Positions 9,201-18,700 of a stretch of 64,000 nucleotides of DNA are shown here, in pieces; within the stretch, counting starts at the first letter, position 1; each line of letters starts with the position of its first letter. Source of the DNA: Giardia intestinalis. Its lineage: Eukaryota. The stretch lies in NCBI GenBank assembly GCA_000002435.2, contig CM018791.1; one strand, written 5' to 3'. Under the pieces are notes generated by a model. The model was not told where the DNA came from, ran no database searches, and worked only from the letters and a program-made list of their open reading frames with translations. A program made the position numbers and the translations under genes.

Positions 9201-10523
9201 TGTGCAGAAGGCCAAAAGCCTAATACTGCAGGAAATAAGTGCTTCGTTTGCCCAGATGCTAACTGTGAACGATGTGATCAGAGTGATGTCTGCGCTAGAT
9301 GCAGTACCGGCGCACCACTGGAGAACGGGAAATGCCCCGCCGCCACGCCGGGGTGCCACTCCAGCTGCGACGGATGCACCTCTGACGCCATGACGAACCA
9401 GGCCGACAAGTGCACTGGCTGTAAAGAGGGACGGTATCTAAAGCCAAACCCTGCAGCTGGGCAATCGGGAACGTGTCTTACTGCTGAAGAGTGCACCTCC
9501 GATAAGACGCACTTCACCAAGGAGAAGGTCGGTGACTCGAAGGGGATGTGCCTCCCATGCAGCGACGCAACACACGGCATCGCGGACTGCAAAAAGTGTG
9601 CCCTCAAAACGCTCTCTGGAGAAACAGAATCGACAGTTGTGTGCTCTGAGTGTACTGACAAATGGCTTACTCCTTCGGGCAATGCATGTTTAGAACAGTG
9701 TCCTGCTGGAACATATCCTAACGATAACAATCTTTGTACTCCTTGTCATGATACCTGTGCAGAGTGCAATGGCAATGCGGACGCTGCTTCCTGCACGGCT
9801 TGCTATCCTGGGTATTCTCTCCTGTATGGATCTGGCACAGCCGGAACATGCGTCAAGGAGTGCACTGGTGCGTTCGGCGCCAACTGTGCAGACGGGCAGT
9901 GCACGGCTGACGTGGGGGGCGCGAAGTACTGTGCCCAGTGCAAGGACGGGTACGCCCCGATCGACGGGATCTGTACAGCAGTGAAAACTGGGAGAGACGC
10001 GAGCGTATGTACGGCGGCAGGCGGGAAGTGCACCAAATGTGCAGGAGAGTATACTCTCATGTCGGGCGGGTGCTATGGTGTGGCGAAGCTTCCTGGCAAA
10101 TCGGTTTGCACGCTTGCTAACAATGGAAAGTGTACTATGTGTGCTGCAAATAGCCAGGCACCTGTGCAAGATAAGTGTCCGGAGTGCTCTGAAGGCTGTG
10201 CAAAATGCAATGATTCTAATGCCTGCACTGAATGCCTTCCTGGATACTATAAGAACAAGAGCAGCGCTTGTATACCATGCAGCAAAGATAGCACACCAAT
10301 CACTGGCGTGCCTAATTGCGTAAGCTGTGCTCCTCCAGCTGGTGGCAATGGCGGTCCTGTCCTCTGTTATCTCATGAAAGGTGCCGACAACACCGGCGGA
10401 AGCACGAACAAGAGCGGCCTTAGCACAGGCGCCATCGCGGGCATTTCCGTCGCTGTGATTGTTGTTGTAGGAGGCCTTGTGGGCTTCCTTTGCTGGTGGT
10501 TCCTCTGTAGAGGAAAAGCGTAG
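6264..10523 (+). CDS. variant-specific surface protein (VSP), 1419 aa, containing a large tandem-repeat array
   Basis: Starts at ATG 6264. N-terminal signal peptide MLLGIVLLCAAVLA. Very Cys-rich with many CXXC motifs and one GGCY motif. The C-terminus is a hydrophobic transmembrane segment (GAIAGISVAVIVVVGGLVGFLCWWFL) followed by the invariant VSP tail CRGKA and a stop. AGTAAAC follows 15 nt after the stop. Confidence 0.9.
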   Translation: MLLGIVLLCAAVLAKECVPQISGCAECDESTGTKCTRCDPAGNTPFLMETTPDGGEGTCVGDCTQTPGYYGDASDDQNKKCKKCNAACAACSGAEATKCTRCDPAGNTPFLMETTPDGGEGTCVGDCTQTPGYYGDASDDQNKKCKKCNAACAACSGAEATKCTRCDPAGNTPFLMETTPDGGEGTCVGDCTQTPGYYGDASDDQNKKCKKCNAACAACSGAEATKCTRCDPAGNTPFLMETTPDGGEGTCVGDCTQTPGYYGDASDDQNKKCKKCNAACAACSGAEATKCTRCDPAGNTPFLMETTPDGGEGTCVGDCTQTPGYYGDASDDQNKKCKKCNAACAACSGAEATKCTRCDPAGNTPFLMETTPDGGEGTCVGDCTQTPGYYGDASDDQNKKCKKCNAACAACSGAEATKCTRCDPAGNTPFLMETTPDGGEGTCVGDCTQTPGYYGDASDDQNKKCKKCNAACAACSGAEATKCTRCDPAGNTPFLMETTPDGGEGTCVGDCTQTPGYYGDASDDQNKKCKKCNAACAACSGAEATKCTRCDPAGNTPFLMETTPDGGEGTCVGDCTQTPGYYGDASDDQNKKCKKCNAACAACSGAEATKCTRCDPAGNTPFLMETTPDGGEGTCVGDCTQTPGYYGDASDDQNKKCKKCNAACAACSGAEATKCTRCDPAGNTPFLMETTPDGGEGTCVGDCTQTPGYYGDASDDQNKKCKKCNAACAACSGAEATKCTRCDPAGNTPFLMETTPDGGEGTCVGDCTQTPGYYGDASDDQNKKCKKCNAACAACSGAEATKCTRCDPAGNTPFLMETTPDGGEGTCVGDCTQTPGYYGDASDDQNKKCKKCNAACAACSGAEATKCTRCDPAGNTPFLMETTPDGGEGTCVGDCTQTPGYYGDASDDQNKKCKKCNAACAACSGAEATKCTRCDPAGNTPFLMETTPDGGEGTCVGDCTQTPGYYGDASDDQNKKCKKCAEGQKPNTAGNKCFVCPDANCERCDQSDVCARCSTGAPLENGKCPAATPGCHSSCDGCTSDAMTNQADKCTGCKEGRYLKPNPAAGQSGTCLTAEECTSDKTHFTKEKVGDSKGMCLPCSDATHGIADCKKCALKTLSGETESTVVCSECTDKWLTPSGNACLEQCPAGTYPNDNNLCTPCHDTCAECNGNADAASCTACYPGYSLLYGSGTAGTCVKECTGAFGANCADGQCTADVGGAKYCAQCKDGYAPIDGICTAVKTGRDASVCTAAGGKCTKCAGEYTLMSGGCYGVAKLPGKSVCTLANNGKCTMCAANSQAPVQDKCPECSEGCAKCNDSNACTECLPGYYKNKSSACIPCSKDSTPITGVPNCVSCAPPAGGNGGPVLCYLMKGADNTGGSTNKSGLSTGAIAGISVAVIVVVGGLVGFLCWWFLCRGKA
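6367..9202 (+). repeat. tandem array of about 14.8 apparently nucleotide-identical copies of a 192-bp unit (64 aa, 8 Cys: CTRCDPAGNTPFLMETTPDGGEGTCVGDCTQTPGYYGDASDDQNKKCKKCNAACAACSGAEATK) inside the VSP coding sequence
   Basis: The off-frame 62-aa ORFs recur at an exact 192-bp period (6503, 6695, ... 8999) and are identical. The VSP translation shows 14 full units plus one truncated unit. The copies look identical on visual comparison. Confidence 0.95.
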
Positions 10524-10537
10524 ATGTGTACTTAGGT

Positions 10538-10544
10538 AGTAAAC
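10538..10544 (+). promoter_or_regulatory. putative Giardia polyadenylation signal AGTAAAC (AGTRAAY consensus), 15 nt 3' of the VSP stop codon
   Basis: Sequence gcgTAGatgtgtacttaggtAGTAAACg. The Giardia poly(A) signal AGTPuAAPy typically lies within about 10-30 nt of the stop. Confidence 0.55.
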
Positions 10545-11390
10545 GTATCCACGTGGTGCAGTGAGCCGCGGTGACGCTTGAGCTTCCAGTGCAGATTGTT
10601 CATTAGATAGCCATGTGTCACTCTTTCAGCGAGTGGTAGCTATTCAGTAAGAGTTCACGGTGATCGTAGTCTTCCAGCTCTCTTCACGCAGTGGAACTAC
10701 CGCCCCTATTTGATAAGTGACAAGATCAAGCGTGTCACAGTGTCTGGCCAGAATGAAAACAGGTTATGCATAAGCGAGTGACAATAGCTGCTAAACCAGC
10801 TTTTAGGATGTCTGGTAATCGCTGTATTCAGAACACAGCAATCTGAAGCAATTGCTACTCTCACAATGCTAACCCAGTTTAGAGAATCAACGTTAGCTCA
10901 CCTATGTTTGAAGCATTGCCAGAGTGCGGACTCAATCCGTTACTTTTCCATCGGTTTCCGTTATGCCATGCTCTTCAAAATGAGCAAGTTATTTGCTCCA
11001 GCTATTCCTAGCAGATGTCCCCGACTGGCTATATCTTTATCCTTCGCTAACAGATCCACCAACAAAGGCACATCCCTCTTACTGTTTAGGATTACCAATG
11101 CGTTGCTGCTTTATCACTTTTCACTGACCAGCCCTTTGATAGTGTTGGAGAAGGCTTTACTTGTTGGTTACTGCAACAATCTGCCAAGTGTACATACCAT
11201 GCAGCGGAGTGCTTCTTCTGTAGCCTTGTGCTGTGCTATTCCTACACTAGCCTAAGCATTGTTTTTATCTTGTGTCGAGAGTATCGCATTATCTATTCTC
11301 GAAGACTCCAGGTCCTGACAAAGTACACACCAGTAAACCACCTCTCCACAGCGAGTTATCCCAGCAACCAGCCCAAAAAACCTCGCCTTC

Positions 11391-12035
11391 ATGTTTGTCG
11401 TTGCAGCCAAGCGCTGCTCCACCTCCGAGGAAGGGGGACTCGAGACGTTCATCGGCCGCCAGATCGACGCCGCAAAGGCGCCTGCAAGGGCACATGTACT
11501 CGTGCGATCCGGTACGGATGCTACATTGCTTAAACAGACAGCCCTAGCTGAAAACAAAGCAGGATCTATGGACGTAGGATGTTACCATACGAATCCACTC
11601 ATAATCCCAGCTAAGCAGAGCTCTAACGCATATCTTTCTACAATTCACTTTCCTCCTGACTCTAGTCGAGAGCCCGAATTGAAAAGGTCTTATCAATCGA
11701 ATCCCACAGCTTCTCTGCGCATCTATACTCCCAATTATTCTACAAGTACACTTGATATACGTTCCGAAAAGACACATAAGCAAGCTTCAAATTCAGCCTT
11801 ACAACCTGTACTCCCAAAGAGTGCTAAGCGGTGGGCTATTCAGCGTAACGGAGAAGGTAAAAGAGACCCTGACTCAACGCGACTTGGTCTAAATGTCCCC
11901 GCCGGCACATCAGCTCTTGAGCTCAAAACTAAGGAAGAACTGTTGTTGTACTTAAACGATGTAGAACAACGCCTCAAGTCAGCTCTGGATGACTGCCTCC
12001 CGGCTCTGATGGAGTCCACGCCCAATGTAAATTAA
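11391..12035 (+). CDS. hypothetical protein (214 aa)
   Basis: ATG at 11391 preceded by A-rich cccaaaaaacctcgccttcATG. A moderately protein-like ORF that ends 34 bp before the next gene. No recognised domain. Confidence 0.35.
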   Translation: MFVVAAKRCSTSEEGGLETFIGRQIDAAKAPARAHVLVRSGTDATLLKQTALAENKAGSMDVGCYHTNPLIIPAKQSSNAYLSTIHFPPDSSREPELKRSYQSNPTASLRIYTPNYSTSTLDIRSEKTHKQASNSALQPVLPKSAKRWAIQRNGEGKRDPDSTRLGLNVPAGTSALELKTKEELLLYLNDVEQRLKSALDDCLPALMESTPNVN

Positions 12036-12069
12036 CCGCCAAAAAAACTAAGTAGAATTCGTCCAAAAA

Positions 12070-15000
12070 ATGTCTGCCCCGCCTGATTCTGCGTTTGCTA
12101 CTATACTCACCCCGACTGCGCTAGGCTCCATCAACCAAGAGGTCCGTGACGCTATTATGGCCCTCCAGAGTGAGTTGGAGAGTGAAAGAGAACGGGCCAG
12201 GAAGTTCGAGAATCAAGTTGCGGTCCTCTCTAGCAACGATCCCAGTGGGCTCTACAATAAATACATAGACATGGAAACTACGAGCGAACTGCTCAAGCAG
12301 GCCGTTCAGAAGGCTATCGAGGAGCGGGAGGCGCTAGAGAAACAGTATCAGAGTCTCAGAGCGGACTTCAGCTCACTTCAGGCGGATCTCGCAGCCAAGG
12401 AGGAGACACTACGGTTTCTAACGGACGGCAACGATGCCGCTAAGCAGCTGTCTATGGCCAATTCGGAGATCGCCGCCTTAAAGCTTGAAATATCAGATTT
12501 GGACGGTAACTTGAAACGCCTTACAAATGATGCGGAGAGGTTGCGCGGTGAATGCGAAGATCTCCGCGGAGAGAATGAGAACTTGAAGAATGCGCTCCAT
12601 CGTGTAGACGAGACCATGACAAATATCCGCAGCCACCAGGATAGCACAGCACCTGGCTCGACACACGGAAGTGCCTATGATGGTAACGAATTCTACAGGC
12701 CGCCGACGGGCAGGGATACCAAGTCTGATGACACCGATGCACCAGATTACCAGAAGCTGTACTTACAACAGAGCGATCAGATCTCGTCTCTTCAAGCAGA
12801 GCTTGAGAAGCTTAGATACCTTGCTAATCCCGATGACCAGTACAGCAGTAACATTGCGTCTTTGAATTACCAGGTGCACAAGCTGTTCGAGGATAATAAG
12901 AAGAGCCAGGTACGTATCAGCGAACTCACTGCTCAAAAGGAAGCCAGCGATGCGATAATTCACAGCCTGGAACAAGAGCTTGTTCACCTTCGCTCCGGAT
13001 CTGCTGCTGGATCTGCTGACCAGGCAGAGTTAAGTAACCTTCGAAACAAGCTGACGGCGACGGAAATAGAGCTTCGTTCTAAGAAACAAGAGGTCGAGAC
13101 TGCACGAAGCGAGAAGAATGCCATGGGGGCGGACTATTACGCACTCCAAGCTGAAATAGAGCAATACAAGAAGCTAGAGCACGATCTAAGCGTAGATGTG
13201 ACGCTTCTCCGCCAGCAGTTGGCTGAAGCGCGCGGGCAGGCTCCCGAAACAGGTGCTCTCCAGGCAGAGCTTGGTAATCTTCGTCAACTTTCTAATCGTC
13301 TCGAGCAAGAACTTCTTGCGCTCCGAAAAGCTCTTGGGAGCACTGGTATCACTGGGGTCGAGATTCAACTTAAGCGCAAGGACATAGAGATCGCTCGCTT
13401 GAATGAACGGGTCGAGCTACTTCTCAATACGTCTCCGGAGGCTGGCGATACCGTTGATAATCTCTCACGAAGATTGATGAATGTTCAGGAGGACCTCAAG
13501 ACCAAGGAACAGTTGCTTTCGAACTACGAAAACCACCTGACTGCAATGAACGGAGTGACACCGGATAAAATCGAGGAACTGACCTCTCAGATCAACACGC
13601 TAACTGCGCAGAACAGCGAGTTCGCTCATATGTTAAGCCAGCAAGGCCGCGGTCAGGAGGTCGAGATCATTGAAGGAAAGAATGCACGAATCAAAGAGTT
13701 GGAGGACGCAATCAAATCTTACAAATCTATAATTGACAATCTCGTAACCGCCAACGTTGCGTCAAATAAAGAGGTCAGCCAGATGAGTGAGGCCCTTGTT
13801 CTTCATGAGCAGACTGTCGCATCTCTCGCTGAATCTCTGCAGACAGGAATGGCCCTGAGGCTCGTGAATGCTCCATCAGATCAGCAAGCGCCAGCTACTA
13901 TTGGGGGCGATGCTCTTCCACTAGTAGTGCCAGATGAATATAAGATTCCGGATGAGGTCAAGCAGAGCTCCGATCCCAAGGTTCTGCGTGATGCGCTTCA
14001 AGCGACAGAGCAGATTATAGCCAAACTTTACGATGAAAATGTATCCAAGACACATGACATCGAGCAACTTCATGATGCTTTGAAGTCTCACGAGCACGCA
14101 CTCGTAAGCATCAGGGAGGCTAACTTAGCGAAGGATCAGGAAATCGACCAGCTCAATGATGCGTTAGCTCACCAGGAAAAGACAGTTGGGTCTCTTGTTG
14201 CCACACTTTCACCCCGATTGGGAAATTCGGCCATCCGTGACCGGGATGGGCTCATTCAGATGGGCAGCCCGGTCTATGATTACAGTGACATGCCCCCATC
14301 AGAGGCTGAGTTGGAGATGCTTAGAGAAGCTGTGAAGCATGCAGAAGATACGATCGCTGCTATGCGTGAGGCCAACGCCGCCAAAGACAAAGAGATTGAA
14401 GAACTTGGTCAGGCCCTAGCTCTGCAGGAGCAGACTGTGACCTCACTCTGCCAAACACTTTCTCCCAGTTTTACCGTGGGACCTGGAGCTGTTTCTTCTG
14501 AAGATGAGGGTCCGCTTGACAACCGCATCAAAGTGCCCCCTGAGACCTTGGAGAAGCTCCGGGACCTTGAGCACGAGAACGAGAAACTTAGGCACGACAT
14601 GCAGTTGCTTCAGAACCTTGAGAAGTACCTTCCAGGCGGTCATGTTTACGAGGAAAACGTGGAGAAAGGCGACGCCGGTGCTAATATGGCTTACTTACTT
14701 GCACACAAGGACGTCGAGCTGGAGAACCTCAACACAGAGCTTAAAGACCAGCAGGATGAGATAAAGCGTCTCAAGGAGGCTATGTTCTCGCGCGAGGAAG
14801 TCATCGCTAAAGTTTCTTACATCGATGCCAACAAGTCCAAGGAAATTGAAGACCTCCACGAGGCTATGCGAAAACAGGAGGAGATCGTTCAGAACCTCTG
14901 CGCTTCCCTGTCTCCAGATCTTACTGCAGCCATGGCGATGCAGCCGCGAAGTGGAGATGCCCCTGACGCTGATGATGCGAGACCTAAGTACAACATGGAG

Positions 15001-15642
15001 GAGCTTATTGCGGAGTTGCAGAAGAAGATCTCCGAGCTGGTGGGCGCTGAGCGCGTAGCCGAAAAAGACGCAGAGATCGACCGCCTCAAGAAGCAGCTGG
15101 CTTATCAGGAGAACCCAATTCTCGAACGCACCGCTATTAACGAACTTATGGAAAAGGAGACACACATCAAGAAGCTCCAAGATGTTATTGAGCGCCAAGA
15201 CAGGGTTATCGATGAGCTTAAAAACACTGTGATCCATCGCGAAAATGAAATAAACAACATGTCCAGTGCAAAGGCCAAGATAGAGCACGTCCTAGACCTG
15301 CAGGAGAAGAGTGGCGAGGCATCGAGGGCGAAACTTACAAACCTTTCAGAAGCATTGGCCAAACAAGAGAATCTGGTTGACCGCCTGTTGAATTGTCTCT
15401 CACCAAGCCAGCGCGAAACGTTCCTCAAAGAGGAGGAAGAGAGGAAGAAGCTGAAGGCAGCACGTGAGGAGGAGTTGGCCAATACAATCCGCGATCTCCA
15501 GGAACAGCTTGACCGGGCCAAGAATGAGGGAGGATCTACTAAGGAGGCGAGTGCGCTTCTTACGAAGGCGTCGGGCAAGATGATCCAATGGTTCAAGGAG
15601 CGCCCTAAGGACATGCCGAACGCCCTGGATATTTTTTCTTGA
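12070..15642 (+). CDS. long coiled-coil protein (1190 aa), heptad-rich and E/K/L/Q-rich, with internally repeated motif units
   Basis: ATG at 12070 preceded by ccaaaaaATG. Continuous ORF with a myosin-tail/SMC-like heptad composition. It has a recurring motif Q-E-x-T-V-x-S-L-x-x-x-L-S-P (EQTVASLAESLQ, EKTVGSLVATLSP, EQTVTSLCQTLSP, EEIVQNLCASLSP, ENLVDRLLNCLSP). Confidence 0.8.
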   Translation: MSAPPDSAFATILTPTALGSINQEVRDAIMALQSELESERERARKFENQVAVLSSNDPSGLYNKYIDMETTSELLKQAVQKAIEEREALEKQYQSLRADFSSLQADLAAKEETLRFLTDGNDAAKQLSMANSEIAALKLEISDLDGNLKRLTNDAERLRGECEDLRGENENLKNALHRVDETMTNIRSHQDSTAPGSTHGSAYDGNEFYRPPTGRDTKSDDTDAPDYQKLYLQQSDQISSLQAELEKLRYLANPDDQYSSNIASLNYQVHKLFEDNKKSQVRISELTAQKEASDAIIHSLEQELVHLRSGSAAGSADQAELSNLRNKLTATEIELRSKKQEVETARSEKNAMGADYYALQAEIEQYKKLEHDLSVDVTLLRQQLAEARGQAPETGALQAELGNLRQLSNRLEQELLALRKALGSTGITGVEIQLKRKDIEIARLNERVELLLNTSPEAGDTVDNLSRRLMNVQEDLKTKEQLLSNYENHLTAMNGVTPDKIEELTSQINTLTAQNSEFAHMLSQQGRGQEVEIIEGKNARIKELEDAIKSYKSIIDNLVTANVASNKEVSQMSEALVLHEQTVASLAESLQTGMALRLVNAPSDQQAPATIGGDALPLVVPDEYKIPDEVKQSSDPKVLRDALQATEQIIAKLYDENVSKTHDIEQLHDALKSHEHALVSIREANLAKDQEIDQLNDALAHQEKTVGSLVATLSPRLGNSAIRDRDGLIQMGSPVYDYSDMPPSEAELEMLREAVKHAEDTIAAMREANAAKDKEIEELGQALALQEQTVTSLCQTLSPSFTVGPGAVSSEDEGPLDNRIKVPPETLEKLRDLEHENEKLRHDMQLLQNLEKYLPGGHVYEENVEKGDAGANMAYLLAHKDVELENLNTELKDQQDEIKRLKEAMFSREEVIAKVSYIDANKSKEIEDLHEAMRKQEEIVQNLCASLSPDLTAAMAMQPRSGDAPDADDARPKYNMEELIAELQKKISELVGAERVAEKDAEIDRLKKQLAYQENPILERTAINELMEKETHIKKLQDVIERQDRVIDELKNTVIHRENEINNMSSAKAKIEHVLDLQEKSGEASRAKLTNLSEALAKQENLVDRLLNCLSPSQRETFLKEEEERKKLKAAREEELANTIRDLQEQLDRAKNEGGSTKEASALLTKASGKMIQWFKERPKDMPNALDIFS

Positions 15643-15702
15643 GTAGCACTTGGCGCTGATCGTGTTTACTCGTTCAAGCGTGTAAATATATTTTCTCTGT
15701 AG

Positions 15703-18700
15703 CTAAGAGCGTACATTCACAAAAGGGATTATCTCAGGACTCAGGGCATGCATGTATTGGTGCCTGCACCGAGCAAAGGCCTCGCAGAGCTCAGGGCCGC
15801 AGATGTCCCAGACAAGCTGGCATATCTGCAACGCCTCAACATACCTTCTCTGAACAAAGGGATAAGATCTAGCAAATCGGGATGATCTGAGATTGGGAGA
15901 CTCGTTGATTTTTACCAACGAGCTGCGTGTAAAGAAGATAGGCTGCAAGGAAATATCAATACCGCTATGACTATCTTTGATGGAGAGTTTTCCCGTGGGG
16001 AGCAGTGTATGTGTTGGCCGCATCTTTTGGGGGAAGATAGATGCTTGCTGGTTGTGTGTAGGAGATGCATCGTCTAATACGCTACTAGATGACTCTCTGT
16101 AGCTCCCTGTGCTATTCTCACTGATCTTCTCTGTGCCAGTTTCACTTTGCTCACTGGGAGCGGGCGTATCTTCAGAGAGGATTGTAGAAAAAGTCTTATC
16201 AGATGTCGAATAATTAGAAGAGGGCGTTGTACCACTGGAAGTATTAGTAGCGTTAACACATGTCTGGATCATACTGTTAAGTTGCTCCTGGAGGACCAAA
16301 ACATCTTCCCCATTAAAGGTCTTTATGATCAAATCTTCGTGGATCATGCAGAGCGGCTCTTCTATACCGGCTTTGGCGGATAGATTCCTTGAAACTGAAA
16401 TGCGGTATGATTCAGAAAATGTATTTTGCTTAGTCAAAGCAGAAACAGGCACCTCCTGCAAGTCTCGGGGCTTTGATTGCAATAGTGTCAGCTGTGCGTT
16501 AATAAAAGATTTCCACGCGTTTTCCCATAGCCATACGGTGTTATCGTTTAAACTAGGCCTAGAGAATGCAATAGTTGGATTGGTCATGGACACAGGCCAA
16601 TTGCAAGGGAGCTTGTTGACGAAAAGGTGATGTGCGAGACACATATCATTGCCATTCTCGTTGGAAGACTCATGTGAAAGTGGTACTACAGAAGGCAGCG
16701 TAGAGACCTTTTTCTTGGTAAGTGATTTGAGGCACTTGCTAATGTCAGAAAAGGCTGGAACGCTAGAAAACCCGCCCAGCTTGCACTGAGCTTCTTTTTC
16801 TTCTTCTGATAACGGAATACCTGTAACAGAATATCTATTGCATAGAATAATTGGGGGAGGAGTCTGGGTTTTGTATGAAGGCAGATCTGTATGCCTGCTC
16901 CATACCAAACGGTCGTTTGAAGCCACAGATATTCCAATTAAGGCACGGTTGGTAGCTATGCTCTCGAGATACTGGACAACTGAACCCTCAGCATCAGACT
17001 TGTAAGCAAAGTGCATCTGACTGTCAAGAAGTGATGGAAAAGCAGTTCTGGATCTGTGTTCTCTATCTCTACGAGGAGTATCCGGCTTGTACTCGCTAGA
17101 TGATGTTTGTGACATGTCATCCGTGCCTTCCGATGCACCGGTTGACCAAGTTGAAGGGCCGGAAGCAGAGTTAGCGGAGCTCGGTGTCGCTTTCGCTGGG
17201 GTTCTCGACCTACTATCTGAGTAAACATCCTTAAGTTCTAATGTCCCATACATCTGCTCACAGTACCGTATCGTAGGTAGCAGTTGTAGTAATGCGTAAG
17301 TATAAAATAAATAATACAGGATGACAGCTCGCGCCCGACGCTCCTCATCCGATACGCCCTTGCGCATCTGTGACGAATACACCGACGTCATCCGTGAGTA
17401 ACCAGAGCCCTTAATGTCTGTGTGAAACTTCCCTCTTCGCGAGAGGGAATTGAAGTCTGCAATCACAGAACCAAAGATATGTACTGAGATATCTATCTGA
17501 CGTCGAAACACACTGTTTTGTATTCCCAGAAGCATAAGAGAATCCTTTGTAGAGACCTCAGTAAGCTGAGATAAATCAAGAGAGAGGGAGGCTAGAGAGG
17601 CTGCCATGCTGGTTTCGATACTATCTTTAATTTTGATTAGGTTTAGCGGCAGAACTGTGGACACTGGGCGGAGAGTATCCACAATAGCCTGGAAGAATGG
17701 TTTCTCTTTGTGCTCAATGCACTTTCGCAGTATGCTGACAGAATTATTTTCTCCTGCTGCTAATAGATTATAGATGGATCCGGCTACAGATTTAGAGTGG
17801 TAAATTATCTTATTCTTAAGTCTGAGCCAGTCGTTATCGGTAGGATAGAGCAGCCCAGTTATGGTGTTTCCTATCATCCAGTTAGGTACGAGGGAGACTC
17901 GTGAGAAGGGAAAGTTGGGGTGCGCCTGCGTGTCTGTAGCCTGGTTAGAGACTTGGGAGGCTCTCTTTCGAGAGCTAATAAGTTGAGCTAAAGCAGCGTG
18001 TGCACTTGCAATTGCCGAGAGAGACATCTTAGCCTTGGGCTTTTTTGTATGCACATGTTCGGCAACCTCATTAGTCGCTACATCCTTACGGCCAGGAGAG
18101 TTTTGGTCCAACTTATAGCCGTGTTTCTGAAGAGATATTCGCTTAGTATTGTTTTTTGCACGTGCCTTAGAGTATGAGCTTGATGAGAGTGGATTGACGA
18201 GAGAGCTTTCACGTAATTCTGGTTCCAATCCATGCTTTAAGCTGACGTGCTGAGGCGATTGCACTTTAAGATGTGGTTCAGGTTCATCAATAGAACCATC
18301 CGATCCTTCCGTATCGCTGAAAATGAATCTCAACGATCCATCTTCGCCACGCGAGCCATCACTTTCATCGGAAGCGGTGCTTGAAGAATTGGTTGATTCG
18401 TCTGGCTGGGTTGAGGCAGAGTCTGCTAGCTCATTAAGGCACGTTGCGTATACATCTGTAGTATAGTGTGTTATCTCATCAATCCTAGTGCCGCAGTCGC
18501 TTAGAAAGTCCGAAGACTCACTCAGATAATTTTCTTCCAGGTCTTCCTGTGATGATTGACACAGCTTTTTGAATGATGGGGCAAGAAGTTTGCGCACGCA
18601 CGATACTGCTTTTCGACGCCAGCCAGTCTTGTCTGCATCTATTGCAAAGAAGAACTGCCGCCCCAGTTCCATAGTTAGTGGGTGGCTATAGCCAAGCATA

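Noticed and set aside
6367-9202. Possible CRISPR array, given the short identical direct repeats.
   Set aside because: The repeats are contiguous with no spacers, the unit is 192 bp long, and it lies in-frame inside a eukaryotic surface-protein gene.
6300-9359. 1019-aa and 946-aa minus-strand ORFs (Arg/Ala/Leu-rich, perfectly periodic) antisense to the VSP.
   Set aside because: They exist only because the 192-bp identical repeat lacks stop codons in every frame. Their composition is not protein-like, and the sense strand encodes a complete VSP with signal peptide, transmembrane segment and CRGKA tail.
14695-15614. 197-aa and 169-aa minus-strand ORFs antisense to the coiled-coil gene.
   Set aside because: Antisense frames of heptad-repeat genes are characteristically open (Leu/Ser/Phe-rich). 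No start context supports them.
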